In this document: in pieces, positions 1-9,969 of the stretch | How the letters are laid out: every line of letters starts with the position of its first letter | Position numbering within the stretch: position 1 is the stretch's first letter | Assembly (NCBI GenBank): GCA_963678315.1 | Contig: OY782781.1 | Span: 768,001 to 832,000 of the forward strand | Direction: 5' to 3' | Length of the DNA: 64,000 nt | DNA from: Candidatus Cloacimonadales bacterium | GTDB lineage: Bacteria > Cloacimonadota > Cloacimonadia > Cloacimonadales > JAFGVF01 | Position numbers and translations under genes: made by a program | The notes under the pieces: model-generated | What the model was told of the DNA's origin: nothing | Database searches by the model: none | What the model saw: only the letters and a program-made list of their open reading frames with translations

Positions 1-2
1 AT

Positions 3-542
3 CCAATCAAAAATGAGATTAATAGGCATACAACAAGATATAATATTTATAAAGGAATTGGGCAGGTTTTAAGAAGTTTGACCTTGAGATTCAAATTTCT
101 GGATTTCACTAAACAATTTTTATCGCTTTTTGCTAAAGCAAACAAAGAGTACTATAAATACACTTCAGTTGGAATGAATTTTTTTAACAGATATCTATTG
201 TCTAGGCAAAACATAGAGTCAATGGTTAAAAATAGAAGAGAGCTTTTCATAAAGATTTGTGAAGAGTTAGAATTTAACTATATATCTCCAATATTAGATA
301 AGGATGTCATTCCATTAGGAATCCCTATAGTTCTAAATAATAGAAATGTAGGGCACAAAGTACTAATGGATAGAAATATTTTTTGTCCAATTCACTGGGA
401 TTTACAGCATGTAGACGAAATAAAATGTATGGATTCAAAACAATTATCTAGAAGTATATTAACTTTACCTTTATCTGCAAAAATTACTGAACAAACAGAA
501 TTTATAAATCGATTGAGAGAGTGTTATGGAAATATATCTTAG
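3..542 (+). CDS. DegT/DnrJ-like PLP sugar aminotransferase, C-terminal part (5' end outside window)
   Basis: Frame is open from base 3. C-terminal motifs 'IFCPIHW' and 'LSRSILTLPL' resemble the DegT family. First gene of a polysaccharide locus. Confidence 0.6.
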   Translation, partial: PIKNEINRHTTRYNIYKGIGQVLRSLTLRFKFLDFTKQFLSLFAKANKEYYKYTSVGMNFFNRYLLSRQNIESMVKNRRELFIKICEELEFNYISPILDKDVIPLGIPIVLNNRNVGHKVLMDRNIFCPIHWDLQHVDEIKCMDSKQLSRSILTLPLSAKITEQTEFINRLRECYGNIS

Positions 543-1050
543 AGCATTACAAACAGAAGATTATGTAATTTCATGCAAATGGAGAAATGACCGAATGGTA
601 ACCGACAATCTTGGTGGTAACACATACTATGTTTCTCCCGAAAATGAATTAAACTGGATAAAAAATGCTATTGCAAATGATAGAATAAATCTTCATTTAG
701 CTATTTGTATAAAGAACAATGACCTGTATATAGGAAATGTTAACCTTACCAATATTGATTATCTAAACAGGTCAGCAGAATTTTCAATTTTTATTGGAGA
801 AAAAAAATACCATGGTCATGGTATTGCTACTAAGGCATCAAAAGAAATAATTAAATTTGGTTTTAAAGAGAGGAATCTTAACAGAATTTATTTGACAGTA
901 CTCGAAGAGAACAAAAAAGCACAGGGTTTATATCATAAATTAGGATTTAAGATCGAAGGTGTTTTGAGAGATTCTGTTTACAAGAATGGAGCATACCATA
1001 ACTTAGTTCAAATGTCAATATTGAAAAAGGAATATGATGATAAAATATAA
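526..1050 (+). CDS. GNAT (RimL/PseH-like) N-acetyltransferase
   Basis: 'YHGHGIA' acetyl-CoA motif, 'NKKAQGLYHKLGFKIEG'. Confidence 0.85.
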   Translation: MEIYLRALQTEDYVISCKWRNDRMVTDNLGGNTYYVSPENELNWIKNAIANDRINLHLAICIKNNDLYIGNVNLTNIDYLNRSAEFSIFIGEKKYHGHGIATKASKEIIKFGFKERNLNRIYLTVLEENKKAQGLYHKLGFKIEGVLRDSVYKNGAYHNLVQMSILKKEYDDKI

Positions 1051-2098
1051 AATATACACTTTAAAAGAGGCATTTGAATGGAGTAAAAAACTAAAATCAC
1101 TCCCTATAGATCAACAAGATATTTATTTTTCGCCAGAATACTATTCTTTGAATGATAGCAGAGGTCATGGTTTAGCAAAGTGCTTCTGTTATGAAAAAGA
1201 TGGAAATCTAGCTTTATATCCGTTTATCATTAACTCTGTAAATAAACTCGGATACAATTTACCGAAAGATTATTTTGATATCCAAGGGGCTTACGGATAT
1301 AATGGTGTTGCATCAAATTGTTATGAAAAAAATTTCATTATTGATTTCTTTAATGAATTTGATAATTATTGTATAAAAAATAATGTCATTGCAGAATTTG
1401 TTAGATTTAACCCATATCTCAAGAATAACTCTTTTGTTAGTAATCATAATGTAATATTACAAAATAAAAATATAATTCTAGATCTAAAGTGTGATGATAT
1501 TTGGATGAAAGAATATTCGAAAGCTACTAGGAAAAATATAAAAAAAGCAAAAAGAAATAATCTATATGTACAATATTTCAATGGTCAGGACATAACAAAA
1601 GATATGATAAAAGAATTTCATTCTATCTATATTGAAACTATGGAAAGAAATTTAGCCGCAAAATTTTATTATTTTGATGAAAGCTTTTTTCAAAATTTAG
1701 CTAAAATATTAAGGGAAAAATGTGCATTTTTTTTTACCTTAAAAGATGGGATTTATATATCGTGTGAATTAATTCTGTATAATTCATTTTTAGGTTATTC
1801 ATTTTTAGGGGGAACAAAAAATGATTATTACGAATTTAGGCCAAATGATATTTTAAAACATTCAATAATCAACTATTTAAAAGAAATAGGTTTGAATTAT
1901 TTTTGTTTTGGAGGAGGAAACAAACCAGATGACGGTATTTTTAACTACAAAAAGAAATTTGCAAAAAATGGAGTTTATGATTTTTATATAGGGAAAAAAA
2001 TTCATAATGAGGTAATTTATAATGATGTTATTAGACAATGGAATACTCGAAATATACATTTAACTAACAATAAGTTATTAAGGTACAGGGATATCTAA
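1034..2098 (+). CDS. FemAB-like / GNAT family acyl- or aminoacyl-transferase
   Basis: 'YGYNG', 'RKNIKKA', 'FGGG...DGIFNYKKKF' motifs typical of FemAB-related proteins in polysaccharide loci. Confidence 0.75.
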   Translation: MMIKYKIYTLKEAFEWSKKLKSLPIDQQDIYFSPEYYSLNDSRGHGLAKCFCYEKDGNLALYPFIINSVNKLGYNLPKDYFDIQGAYGYNGVASNCYEKNFIIDFFNEFDNYCIKNNVIAEFVRFNPYLKNNSFVSNHNVILQNKNIILDLKCDDIWMKEYSKATRKNIKKAKRNNLYVQYFNGQDITKDMIKEFHSIYIETMERNLAAKFYYFDESFFQNLAKILREKCAFFFTLKDGIYISCELILYNSFLGYSFLGGTKNDYYEFRPNDILKHSIINYLKEIGLNYFCFGGGNKPDDGIFNYKKKFAKNGVYDFYIGKKIHNEVIYNDVIRQWNTRNIHLTNNKLLRYRDI

Positions 2099-3207
2099 TG
2101 AAGATACTTTATATTCGTAAAGAGAATGATGTTTTGCTGAAATCTTTTATAAACAATTATGAAAATAACAATACTGTATCATTATTAGATGCTAAAAATT
2201 TTTCATACCATAAAAAGGTTAATTTAATCCATGTAAAAAGTGTACATAAAATAAAAAATAAATATATCTCTTATATTGCACGATATGTTTATTCATTAAT
2301 TTTTTTAGTTACTAATTATGAAAAATATGATGTAATTCATATTCTAAACCTCAAAAGAGAAAACTACTGGATGATTCCATTTCTGAAAAAGAGGTCTAAG
2401 AAGATTATTGTATCAATATATGGGAGGTCTACATATCTCACCAAGACAAAACAAAAACTATTTAGTAAAATATATAAGCATTGTGATCTGATAACTGCTA
2501 CAAGCACAAAAGTGTATAGAGAATTTTTAAAATATAATCCTCATGTTAGTAAAGAAAACATAAAGTTAGTGTCATTGCCTATTGATTTCTATAGTGGAAT
2601 AAGGTACATTACTAATCTTTCAAAAAGAAATGACTTATGTAGGTTACTTAATTTAGACGAAAATAAAGTAAATATTCTTTGTTGCTCAACATCAGCTAGT
2701 TATGATCAGCATGACAAGGTTATTGAACAAGTAAAAAAAATTAGAAATAAAAAAAATGTTCAGTTAATATTTTTACTTACCTATGGATCGAGCTTGGAGG
2801 AAACGGCTATATTGGTGGAAAAAATTAAAAGCTCATTAAGTAATTTATTTTCTATAAAAATATTTGACTCATTTCTTTCTAATGATGATATCGTAAAAGT
2901 AAGAAGTATTGTAGATATAATGATAAATGTCAGAACTTCAGATCAGTTTGCAGGAGCTATGATTGAGGCAATTAGAGCCGGATCTTATCTCATAAATGGA
3001 GATTGGTTAAAGTATCCAAAACTTGAAGAGTTAGGAATTAAAAAAGAAACGACTACTCTTGATGATTTAGGGGAAACTATAGAGAAGGCGATATTAAACT
3101 TAGGAAGTTTTAGAAAGAACGATGCCCATAATAACTCAAGCAGAATTAATGAATTTTATAATATCGAAGAGATATTCAAGAAATGGGATTGTATATATTT
3201 TGAATAA
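2098..3207 (+). CDS. Glycosyltransferase (GT-B, family 4-like)
   Basis: 'SDQFAGAMIEAIRAG' E-x7-E-like motif; locus context. Confidence 0.7.
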   Translation: MKILYIRKENDVLLKSFINNYENNNTVSLLDAKNFSYHKKVNLIHVKSVHKIKNKYISYIARYVYSLIFLVTNYEKYDVIHILNLKRENYWMIPFLKKRSKKIIVSIYGRSTYLTKTKQKLFSKIYKHCDLITATSTKVYREFLKYNPHVSKENIKLVSLPIDFYSGIRYITNLSKRNDLCRLLNLDENKVNILCCSTSASYDQHDKVIEQVKKIRNKKNVQLIFLLTYGSSLEETAILVEKIKSSLSNLFSIKIFDSFLSNDDIVKVRSIVDIMINVRTSDQFAGAMIEAIRAGSYLINGDWLKYPKLEELGIKKETTTLDDLGETIEKAILNLGSFRKNDAHNNSSRINEFYNIEEIFKKWDCIYFE

Positions 3208-3227
3208 CAATTTTTGAGGTAGAAAGG

Positions 3228-4571
3228 ATGAATATTATTAATGCTTTTTCTGAGAATGTTATTTTACCTCTCAGCGATTTAGCTACAGGATACAGAATTA
3301 GCAAAGATTTAAAATTTTTGTTAGCGAGCCAATGGTGGACAAAAGAGAAAATGAACGAGTACCAGAACATTCAGTTACAAAAATTATGTAATTATTGCTA
3401 TACTAATGTACAATATTATTATGAATTATTTTGTGATTTACATCTTAAACCAAAAAATATTGAGACAATTGACGATTTGAGAGATTTTCCAATACTCACA
3501 AAAGATATAATAAAAAAGAATATTGCTAATGGTAAATTAATATCAAAACTTGCAAAAAAAAGAGATATGATAAAATCAGGTTCTAGTGGCTCTACAGGAG
3601 AGCCTTTACAGTTTTATATATCAAATAAAAGTTATAGTATGAATATTGCTTGCAATCTTAGAGGTTGGAGTTGGATGGGGTATTCGCTAGGAGACAAGTA
3701 TATTAAGATTAGTCAGAATCCTAGGAAAGGAATTCTAAAAAAAACACAAGATATTTTGAACAACTGTATGTATATCTTTTCTCAACAACTAACTATAAGT
3801 GATATAAGAAGAATAGTCCAAACTATATGTAAAATCAGAAAAAAGATATATTTAAGAGGTTATCCATCAACATTATCCATTTTAGCTGAATATATTAAAG
3901 ATAGTAACATTATAGTTAACAATATTATCTCAATAAATACAACGGGCGAAATTCTTTTCCCTCATTTACGTATTCTAATTGAAAGTTCTTTTAATTGTAA
4001 GGTTTTCGATTCATATTCATGTGAAGGTGGGGCAACTTTTTTTGAATGCAAAGAACATGATCATTATCATATAGCTTCTGAATATGCCATAACAGAACTA
4101 CTAACAGATGATAACAATTTGATTGACAAAGAAGGACGAGGCGAAATAGTAACTACAGATTTACATAACTACATAGTTCCATTTATTAAATATAATACAA
4201 AAGATATTGCAACTATCAAAACTATAGATTGTAAATACGGTATTGGTCTACCTACTGCAACAAAAATTGATGGGCGGGATGTAGATATTATTAAAACTCC
4301 TCATGGAAAAAAAATAGTTGTTCATTATTTTACAGGATATTTTGAATGGATTGACAGTGTTGAAAAGTTTCAAATTATACAAAATCAATTAAACGAAATT
4401 ACATTAAAACTTGTACCAAATGATCGTATGACTGAAGATAAACTTAAAAAAATAACAAAAGAAGTTACACAACATATAGGCGATGGTGTGCATGTATACA
4501 CCATACTTGTTAACGAAATTCCATTAAATAAAAAAAACGGGAAAAGAAGATTCGTAATTAGTAATCTTTAA
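3228..4571 (+). CDS. Phenylacetate-CoA ligase family / CapK-like adenylate-forming enzyme
   Basis: 'SSGSTGEP' AMP-binding loop, 'YSCEGG', 'KYNTKD', 'GRDVD'. Confidence 0.85.
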   Translation: MNIINAFSENVILPLSDLATGYRISKDLKFLLASQWWTKEKMNEYQNIQLQKLCNYCYTNVQYYYELFCDLHLKPKNIETIDDLRDFPILTKDIIKKNIANGKLISKLAKKRDMIKSGSSGSTGEPLQFYISNKSYSMNIACNLRGWSWMGYSLGDKYIKISQNPRKGILKKTQDILNNCMYIFSQQLTISDIRRIVQTICKIRKKIYLRGYPSTLSILAEYIKDSNIIVNNIISINTTGEILFPHLRILIESSFNCKVFDSYSCEGGATFFECKEHDHYHIASEYAITELLTDDNNLIDKEGRGEIVTTDLHNYIVPFIKYNTKDIATIKTIDCKYGIGLPTATKIDGRDVDIIKTPHGKKIVVHYFTGYFEWIDSVEKFQIIQNQLNEITLKLVPNDRMTEDKLKKITKEVTQHIGDGVHVYTILVNEIPLNKKNGKRRFVISNL

Positions 4572-4578
4572 GTGTATT

Positions 4579-5748
4579 ATGAAAATAATTGAATTAATAA
4601 AAAAACATGACCAATATAGGAAAAACTGCATAAATCTTATGCCTTCAGAGAATTTTTTAAGTTATGATTCCCGATATGCTCTTCAATCTGATTTAGGTAG
4701 AAGATATTTCTTTCAAACAAATTACAAAATTTCAGAGAATGCAACATATAGTTACAGAGGTAGTAAATATATATCTGAAATATTAATAAGTTGTCAAAAA
4801 TTATCTATGGAGGTATTTAAGGCTGAATATGTATCTGTTTACCCAATATCTGGTCACTTAGCTAACATTGGAATACTCCTATCTCTGACCAAACCAGGTG
4901 ATACTATTGTTTGTCATTCTCCTGCTTTTGGAGGATATCCTGGATTAGATAAAAATACATTACCAAAATATTTAAACCTGAACGTTGAATATTTTCCAAT
5001 GGACAAAGAAATAATAGAAAATATTGATCTACTCGAAACTGAGCAAATTCTTGAAAAAATTAAACCCAAAGTAGTTATATTCAGTTCTGCAAATACTCTT
5101 TTTTCTCCTCCGATAAAAGAGTTAAAAAGAATATGCAAAAAGAATGGTGTCATTTTAGTATATGACGGTTCTCATCCTTTAGGTTTAATAGCGGGTGGTA
5201 AGTTTGCACATCCATTAGATGATGGTGCTGATATTTTAGTAGGTGGAACTCAAAAATCATTTCCGGGACCTCAAGGGGCTATTATTGCTACGAACTCAAT
5301 GATCAAGGATATAAAAAATGTTGAACAATTTGTTATGGTTGATAACCCTCATTTTAATAGAATAGCCGCATTAGCAGTTAGTTTAGAGGAAATCAAAGTA
5401 GATGGAGAAGATTATGCTGAACAAGTAATAAAAAATACAAAAGCTTTAGCAAAAGAACTAGATAATAATGGTGTTAGAGTTAAATACCCCAAATTAGGCT
5501 ATTCTGATTCTCACATGCTTAAATTAGTTATTAATAAAAATTTTGAAGCTTATTGTAAAAAACTTGAAGATTTTAATATTATCATTGATGGGGCTGGGCG
5601 TATTGGTACAAATGAAATAACTAGGATTGGTATGAAAGAGAATGAAATGAGAGAAATTGGAAAAGTGATTGGGAAAATAATAAATAGTAAATGCGACAAT
5701 AGTGAAATCAAATTAAAAGTAATAAGCTTAGTTTCAAAGTTTTATTAA
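4579..5748 (+). CDS. Serine hydroxymethyltransferase-like PLP enzyme (divergent; possible aldolase/transaldolase)
   Basis: 'INLMPSEN', 'YDGSHPLGLIAG', PLP-Lys motif 'TQKSFPGPQG', 'RIGTNEITRIGM'. Confidence 0.75.
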   Translation: MKIIELIKKHDQYRKNCINLMPSENFLSYDSRYALQSDLGRRYFFQTNYKISENATYSYRGSKYISEILISCQKLSMEVFKAEYVSVYPISGHLANIGILLSLTKPGDTIVCHSPAFGGYPGLDKNTLPKYLNLNVEYFPMDKEIIENIDLLETEQILEKIKPKVVIFSSANTLFSPPIKELKRICKKNGVILVYDGSHPLGLIAGGKFAHPLDDGADILVGGTQKSFPGPQGAIIATNSMIKDIKNVEQFVMVDNPHFNRIAALAVSLEEIKVDGEDYAEQVIKNTKALAKELDNNGVRVKYPKLGYSDSHMLKLVINKNFEAYCKKLEDFNIIIDGAGRIGTNEITRIGMKENEMREIGKVIGKIINSKCDNSEIKLKVISLVSKFY

Positions 5749-5759
5749 TAGGAATAACA

Positions 5760-6812
5760 TTGAAAATTTTAATAGACCTTAATCATCCAGCACAATTTCA
5801 TTTGTTCAAAAATACTATAAAAGTATTAAATAATACAGAACACAACGTTTTTGTGTTCGCTAAAACTAAAGATATTCTGACCAATCTTTTAGAAAGTGAG
5901 GGCATCAAATATCATAATAAAAAGAAAACTCGTAGAAAAAATACTAAAAAGGCAATGCTATTTAGTTTAATATCACAAGAGATCGGCTTATTTAAGTTTT
6001 GTATGCAAAATAGGCCTGATATTATGCTAGGTACCTCAATTGAAATCTGTCATATTGGTAAGCTTCTTAATATTCCAGCATATATTTTTAATGAGGATGA
6101 TGCTGAAGTTGTTCCTTTGGTTGCAAAACTAGCATATCCCTTCGCAAAGGGCATTGTAGCACCTAATGTTTGTTCAACTGGAAAATGGAATAAATCTAAA
6201 ATTGGTTATGAAGGATATCATGAATTAGCATACTTACACCCAAATATTTTTACTCCAAATTATGATTATGTAAAAAAATATTGTGGTACTGAACCTTATT
6301 TTATACTTAGATTTGCTAAACTTGAAGCTCATCATGATGAAGGTGCTTCTGGTATCACTGATGAATTAGCAGAAGAAATTATCAGTATTCTAGAGCCTTA
6401 TGGAAAAGTTTTTATCACTTCAGAACGCAGCTGTAATGCCAAGTTTAAAAAGTATCGAATAAATATTCCTACAATTTATATGCATGATGTTATGGCTTAT
6501 GCTCAAATGTACATTGGAGACAGCCAAACTATGGCAGCAGAGGCCGCTGTCTTGGGTGTTCCAGCATTAAGATTTAATAGTTTTGCGGGTAAGATTAGCT
6601 ATTTAGAAGAGCTAGAACATAAATATGGTTTAACATACGCATTCCTTCCAAACAATCAAAATTTCCTTATTAATAAAATAAAAGAAATAGTTACAAAAAC
6701 TAATATTAAAGATGAATGGAATGACAAGAAAAGTAAAATGCTATCTGAAAAAATTGAATTAACTAGTTTTATTATAGAATTAATTGAAAATGAACTTAAA
6801 GAGAAAATATAG
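5760..6812 (+). CDS. DUF354 family glycosyltransferase-like protein
   Basis: 'IDLNHPAQFHLFK' N-terminus, 'GDSQTMAAEAAVLGVP'. Confidence 0.8.
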   Translation: MKILIDLNHPAQFHLFKNTIKVLNNTEHNVFVFAKTKDILTNLLESEGIKYHNKKKTRRKNTKKAMLFSLISQEIGLFKFCMQNRPDIMLGTSIEICHIGKLLNIPAYIFNEDDAEVVPLVAKLAYPFAKGIVAPNVCSTGKWNKSKIGYEGYHELAYLHPNIFTPNYDYVKKYCGTEPYFILRFAKLEAHHDEGASGITDELAEEIISILEPYGKVFITSERSCNAKFKKYRINIPTIYMHDVMAYAQMYIGDSQTMAAEAAVLGVPALRFNSFAGKISYLEELEHKYGLTYAFLPNNQNFLINKIKEIVTKTNIKDEWNDKKSKMLSEKIELTSFIIELIENELKEKI

Positions 6813-6817
6813 TTATT

Positions 6818-8422
6818 ATGAGAAAAAAGGTTTGGTATTTACTGTATTTACTTTTTGATATCGGCATTGTCCTGTTATCATTCGGACTTGTTGCTTGGTA
6901 CAAAAGTGGCACCAAACGGGTATTGATTGACTATGCTCAACCAGTACTTGGATTTACTGTTACTTGGATTCTTGCAGCATTTATGGGTAGTAAATATTCT
7001 ATCAAAAATAAACCTCGTCTGAAGAGTTTATGGATATCCATGTTCAAAAGTGATGCCATAGCTATGGCTGTAGTTTTTGGAGCAATAATAGTCTTTAATA
7101 GGTTTCAGTATTCTCGTATTGTGGTTTTTGGTACAATAGCACTAACTATTTTCCTAGAGCTTATATTCTTCACTCTAATGTACTATTCCTTTAAATTCCA
7201 CAAAGATAATCCATCTTTCGCAAGCACTTCTTTTATCACAAAATCTAAGAAGTTGGAAGAAGAAGGTTCAAATTATGAAATTGCTAAGATAGAGCATTCC
7301 GACAATGTTCCTATTAGCGATGATTTAGAATTTAGTTACTGTCTGGAATCAGATGCAAAAATCTCTTCAATTAAGCCTGATCTTCAAAACAAATACCTCA
7401 AAAATGAAGATAGTATTTATAGCTTTATCGATAAGCACCTAAAATTAGATTGTTTTTGTCAGAAGAAGTCTTTAATCCTGAACAGTGAAACCTATTATAA
7501 TATTGAGAATTATGATTCACATTCTCAAGCACTCTTTATAAATCTCCATAAAGTCAATGATTTCAGAAGAATCAATCAATATATTATCAAAGTTAATAAG
7601 AATCTTATTGATGGTGGTATTTTTATCGGCTGTGTAGAGACTAAAGCCCAGAGATATAGAAGATTTCAAGAAAAATATACTAAATTATTTGGTTCATTTT
7701 TTTATTCAATAGATTTCCTATTCACTAGAGTATTCCCCAAAATGGCTCTCTTACAAGGCTTGTATTTCGCAACTACTAAAGGAAAAAATAGATCTTTGAG
7801 TGAAACAGAAATGTTGGGAAGGTTATACTTTTGTGGATTTGAACTTCTTGCTAAGAGAGAGATTCATGGTATGAACTATTTCATAGCAAAGAAAATTAAG
7901 GAACCTTCTGAAGATAAGAATCCTTCTTACGGTCCAATTATTCGCTTAAGAAGAAAAGGCAAAAATGGGAAAATAATATATATAAATAAGTTTAGAACAA
8001 TGCACCCATATTCAGAATATCTACAAGAGTATGTTTATAATAATTGCAATCTTCAAGAAGGTGGAAAATTTAAGAACGACTTTAGGGTAACTAAGTGGGG
8101 AAGAGTTTTTAGAAAGCTTTGGATTGATGAATTACCGCAATTTATAAATTTGCTCAAAGGTGAACTGAACATTGTTGGTGTACGCGCCCTTAGCAATCAT
8201 TACTTTAGTTTGTACCCAAAACGTGTACAGGAGCTCAGGGTTATGGTGAAGCCAGGTCTTTTACCTCCATTTTATGCAGACATGCCAAAGACTCTTGATG
8301 AAATTATTGCATCAGAAGAGAAATATCTAAAACAAAAAATTGAAAGACCTATATGGACAGATTTTAAATATTTCTGGTTAGTAGCTTGGAATATTCTGGT
8401 TAAGAAAGAGAGAAGTAAATAA
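6818..8422 (+). CDS. Bacterial sugar transferase (priming phosphoglycosyl transferase) with N-terminal TM and extra middle domain
   Basis: 'KFRTM', 'DFRVTKWGRVFRKLWIDELPQFINLLKG..IVGVR'; four N-terminal TM helices. Confidence 0.85.
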   Translation: MRKKVWYLLYLLFDIGIVLLSFGLVAWYKSGTKRVLIDYAQPVLGFTVTWILAAFMGSKYSIKNKPRLKSLWISMFKSDAIAMAVVFGAIIVFNRFQYSRIVVFGTIALTIFLELIFFTLMYYSFKFHKDNPSFASTSFITKSKKLEEEGSNYEIAKIEHSDNVPISDDLEFSYCLESDAKISSIKPDLQNKYLKNEDSIYSFIDKHLKLDCFCQKKSLILNSETYYNIENYDSHSQALFINLHKVNDFRRINQYIIKVNKNLIDGGIFIGCVETKAQRYRRFQEKYTKLFGSFFYSIDFLFTRVFPKMALLQGLYFATTKGKNRSLSETEMLGRLYFCGFELLAKREIHGMNYFIAKKIKEPSEDKNPSYGPIIRLRRKGKNGKIIYINKFRTMHPYSEYLQEYVYNNCNLQEGGKFKNDFRVTKWGRVFRKLWIDELPQFINLLKGELNIVGVRALSNHYFSLYPKRVQELRVMVKPGLLPPFYADMPKTLDEIIASEEKYLKQKIERPIWTDFKYFWLVAWNILVKKERSK

Positions 8423-8473
8423 AGGCGGAGCCTTTTTAAATTAAAAATAATAATGAAAAGTGAAAAATTAAGG

Positions 8474-8500
8474 ACTGGGAACGCTAGGCCTCCGTGCCGC
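8474..8500 (+). repeat. REP (GGGAACGC..CTCCGT.. family), imperfect copy
   Basis: ACTGGGAACGCTAGGCCTCCGTGCCGC is a near reverse complement of 48337-48364. Confidence 0.7.
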
Positions 8501-8643
8501 TTTAAATAAATAAATACAATAGAACACTGAAAACACGGATTAAACAGATAAGAAGATTAATTTATAATGCATAATTGACAATGGATAATTAAAGATTTCT
8601 TATTCGTTCTTTTCGTGGCTAAAATATATTTAATAGGGGAATC

Positions 8644-8967
8644 ATGAAAGACAAAATAATCAACATTTTTAATAAACACTTAACCAACAGAAAGCATAAC
8701 TATGTAGATATGATTGAACAAGATTTAAGTTTATCTTACTTGTCTTTTACAGTCGATAAATCAGTAGATAAAATAACCTTTATTGTTGCAAGTAAATATT
8801 TGTTTATCATTGATTATATAAATTCTCCAGCAGAGACTTCCTTAGAGCGTAATAGTTATAATTTTAAAAATATTGCTAACTGTATAATTTATCTTATTTC
8901 TAAGAATGATCAAGGTATAAAATCAATAGAGTTTTCGAAAAATGAATTGAAAAGTATAAACAAATAA
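8644..8967 (+). CDS. Hypothetical protein
   Basis: 107-aa ORF with AGGGGA RBS; no recognisable motif. Confidence 0.55.
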   Translation: MKDKIINIFNKHLTNRKHNYVDMIEQDLSLSYLSFTVDKSVDKITFIVASKYLFIIDYINSPAETSLERNSYNFKNIANCIIYLISKNDQGIKSIEFSKNELKSINK

Positions 8968-8997
8968 ACGTTTAAACAAAAAAGTAAAAAAGAATTA

Positions 8998-9960
8998 ATG
9001 AACATTTTAATTACAGGTGTGGCCGGATTTATAGGCTCTCATTTAGCAGAGAACCTAATTAAAGATCATAAAATAATAGGTATAGACAATTTTTGTGACT
9101 ACTATAGTCCAGAAACTAAAAATAGTAATATTTCCAAATTAACAAGTTTAGATAATTTTAAACTGTATAAAATCGATATTAGGTCTATGAGTGAGGTTGA
9201 AAAATGCTTTGAAATAGAAAGTATTGATTTGGTTGTCCATTTAGCGGCAATGGCAGGTGTTAGACCTTCAATTGTTGATCCTGTTTTATATACAGAAGTC
9301 AATATCAATGGCACAGTTAATTTATTAGAAGCTTGTAAAAAAAACAACATAAAGAAGTTTATTTTTGCCTCATCATCAAGTGTTTACGGTAACAATAAAA
9401 CAGTTCCTTTCTCTGAAGATGATATTGTTGATTTTCCAATCTCTCCATATGCTTCAACCAAAAAGGCTGGGGAATTAATTTGTCACACATATCACCATTT
9501 AGAAGAAATGTCAATTGCTTGTCTTAGATTTTTTACTGTTTACGGTCCACGTCAAAGACCTGACCTAGCTATTCACAAATTTATGAATAAGATCATTAAT
9601 AATGAACCAATTCAAGTGTTTGGAGATGGAACTACCAAAAGAGATTATACCTACATTGATGATATTATTGATGGGATCTCTAAAACAATAAACTATGTAG
9701 GTAATAATGAGTTTGTGTATGATATATTTAATCTTGGTGAGTCTCAGACTATTTCATTATCAGAGATGATTGATACTATTGAAGAGGTAATAGGCAAGAA
9801 AGCAATAAAAGAGATTATGCCTATGCAAGCTGGGGATGTTGAACAAACCTATGCAAATATTTCCAAAAGTAAAAGATTGCTTGGATACAACCCATCAATG
9901 AATTTTGAAGAAGGAATTGAAAGATTCTATAATTGGTACAAAGAATTTTATAAGATATAA
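8998..9960 (+). CDS. NAD-dependent nucleotide-sugar epimerase (UDP-glucuronate 4-epimerase-like)
   Basis: GxxGxxG, 'HLAAMAGVRPS', YxxxK, 'RFFTVYGPRQRPDLA'. Confidence 0.9.
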   Translation: MNILITGVAGFIGSHLAENLIKDHKIIGIDNFCDYYSPETKNSNISKLTSLDNFKLYKIDIRSMSEVEKCFEIESIDLVVHLAAMAGVRPSIVDPVLYTEVNINGTVNLLEACKKNNIKKFIFASSSSVYGNNKTVPFSEDDIVDFPISPYASTKKAGELICHTYHHLEEMSIACLRFFTVYGPRQRPDLAIHKFMNKIINNEPIQVFGDGTTKRDYTYIDDIIDGISKTINYVGNNEFVYDIFNLGESQTISLSEMIDTIEEVIGKKAIKEIMPMQAGDVEQTYANISKSKRLLGYNPSMNFEEGIERFYNWYKEFYKI

Positions 9961-9969
9961 GGGAAATTA

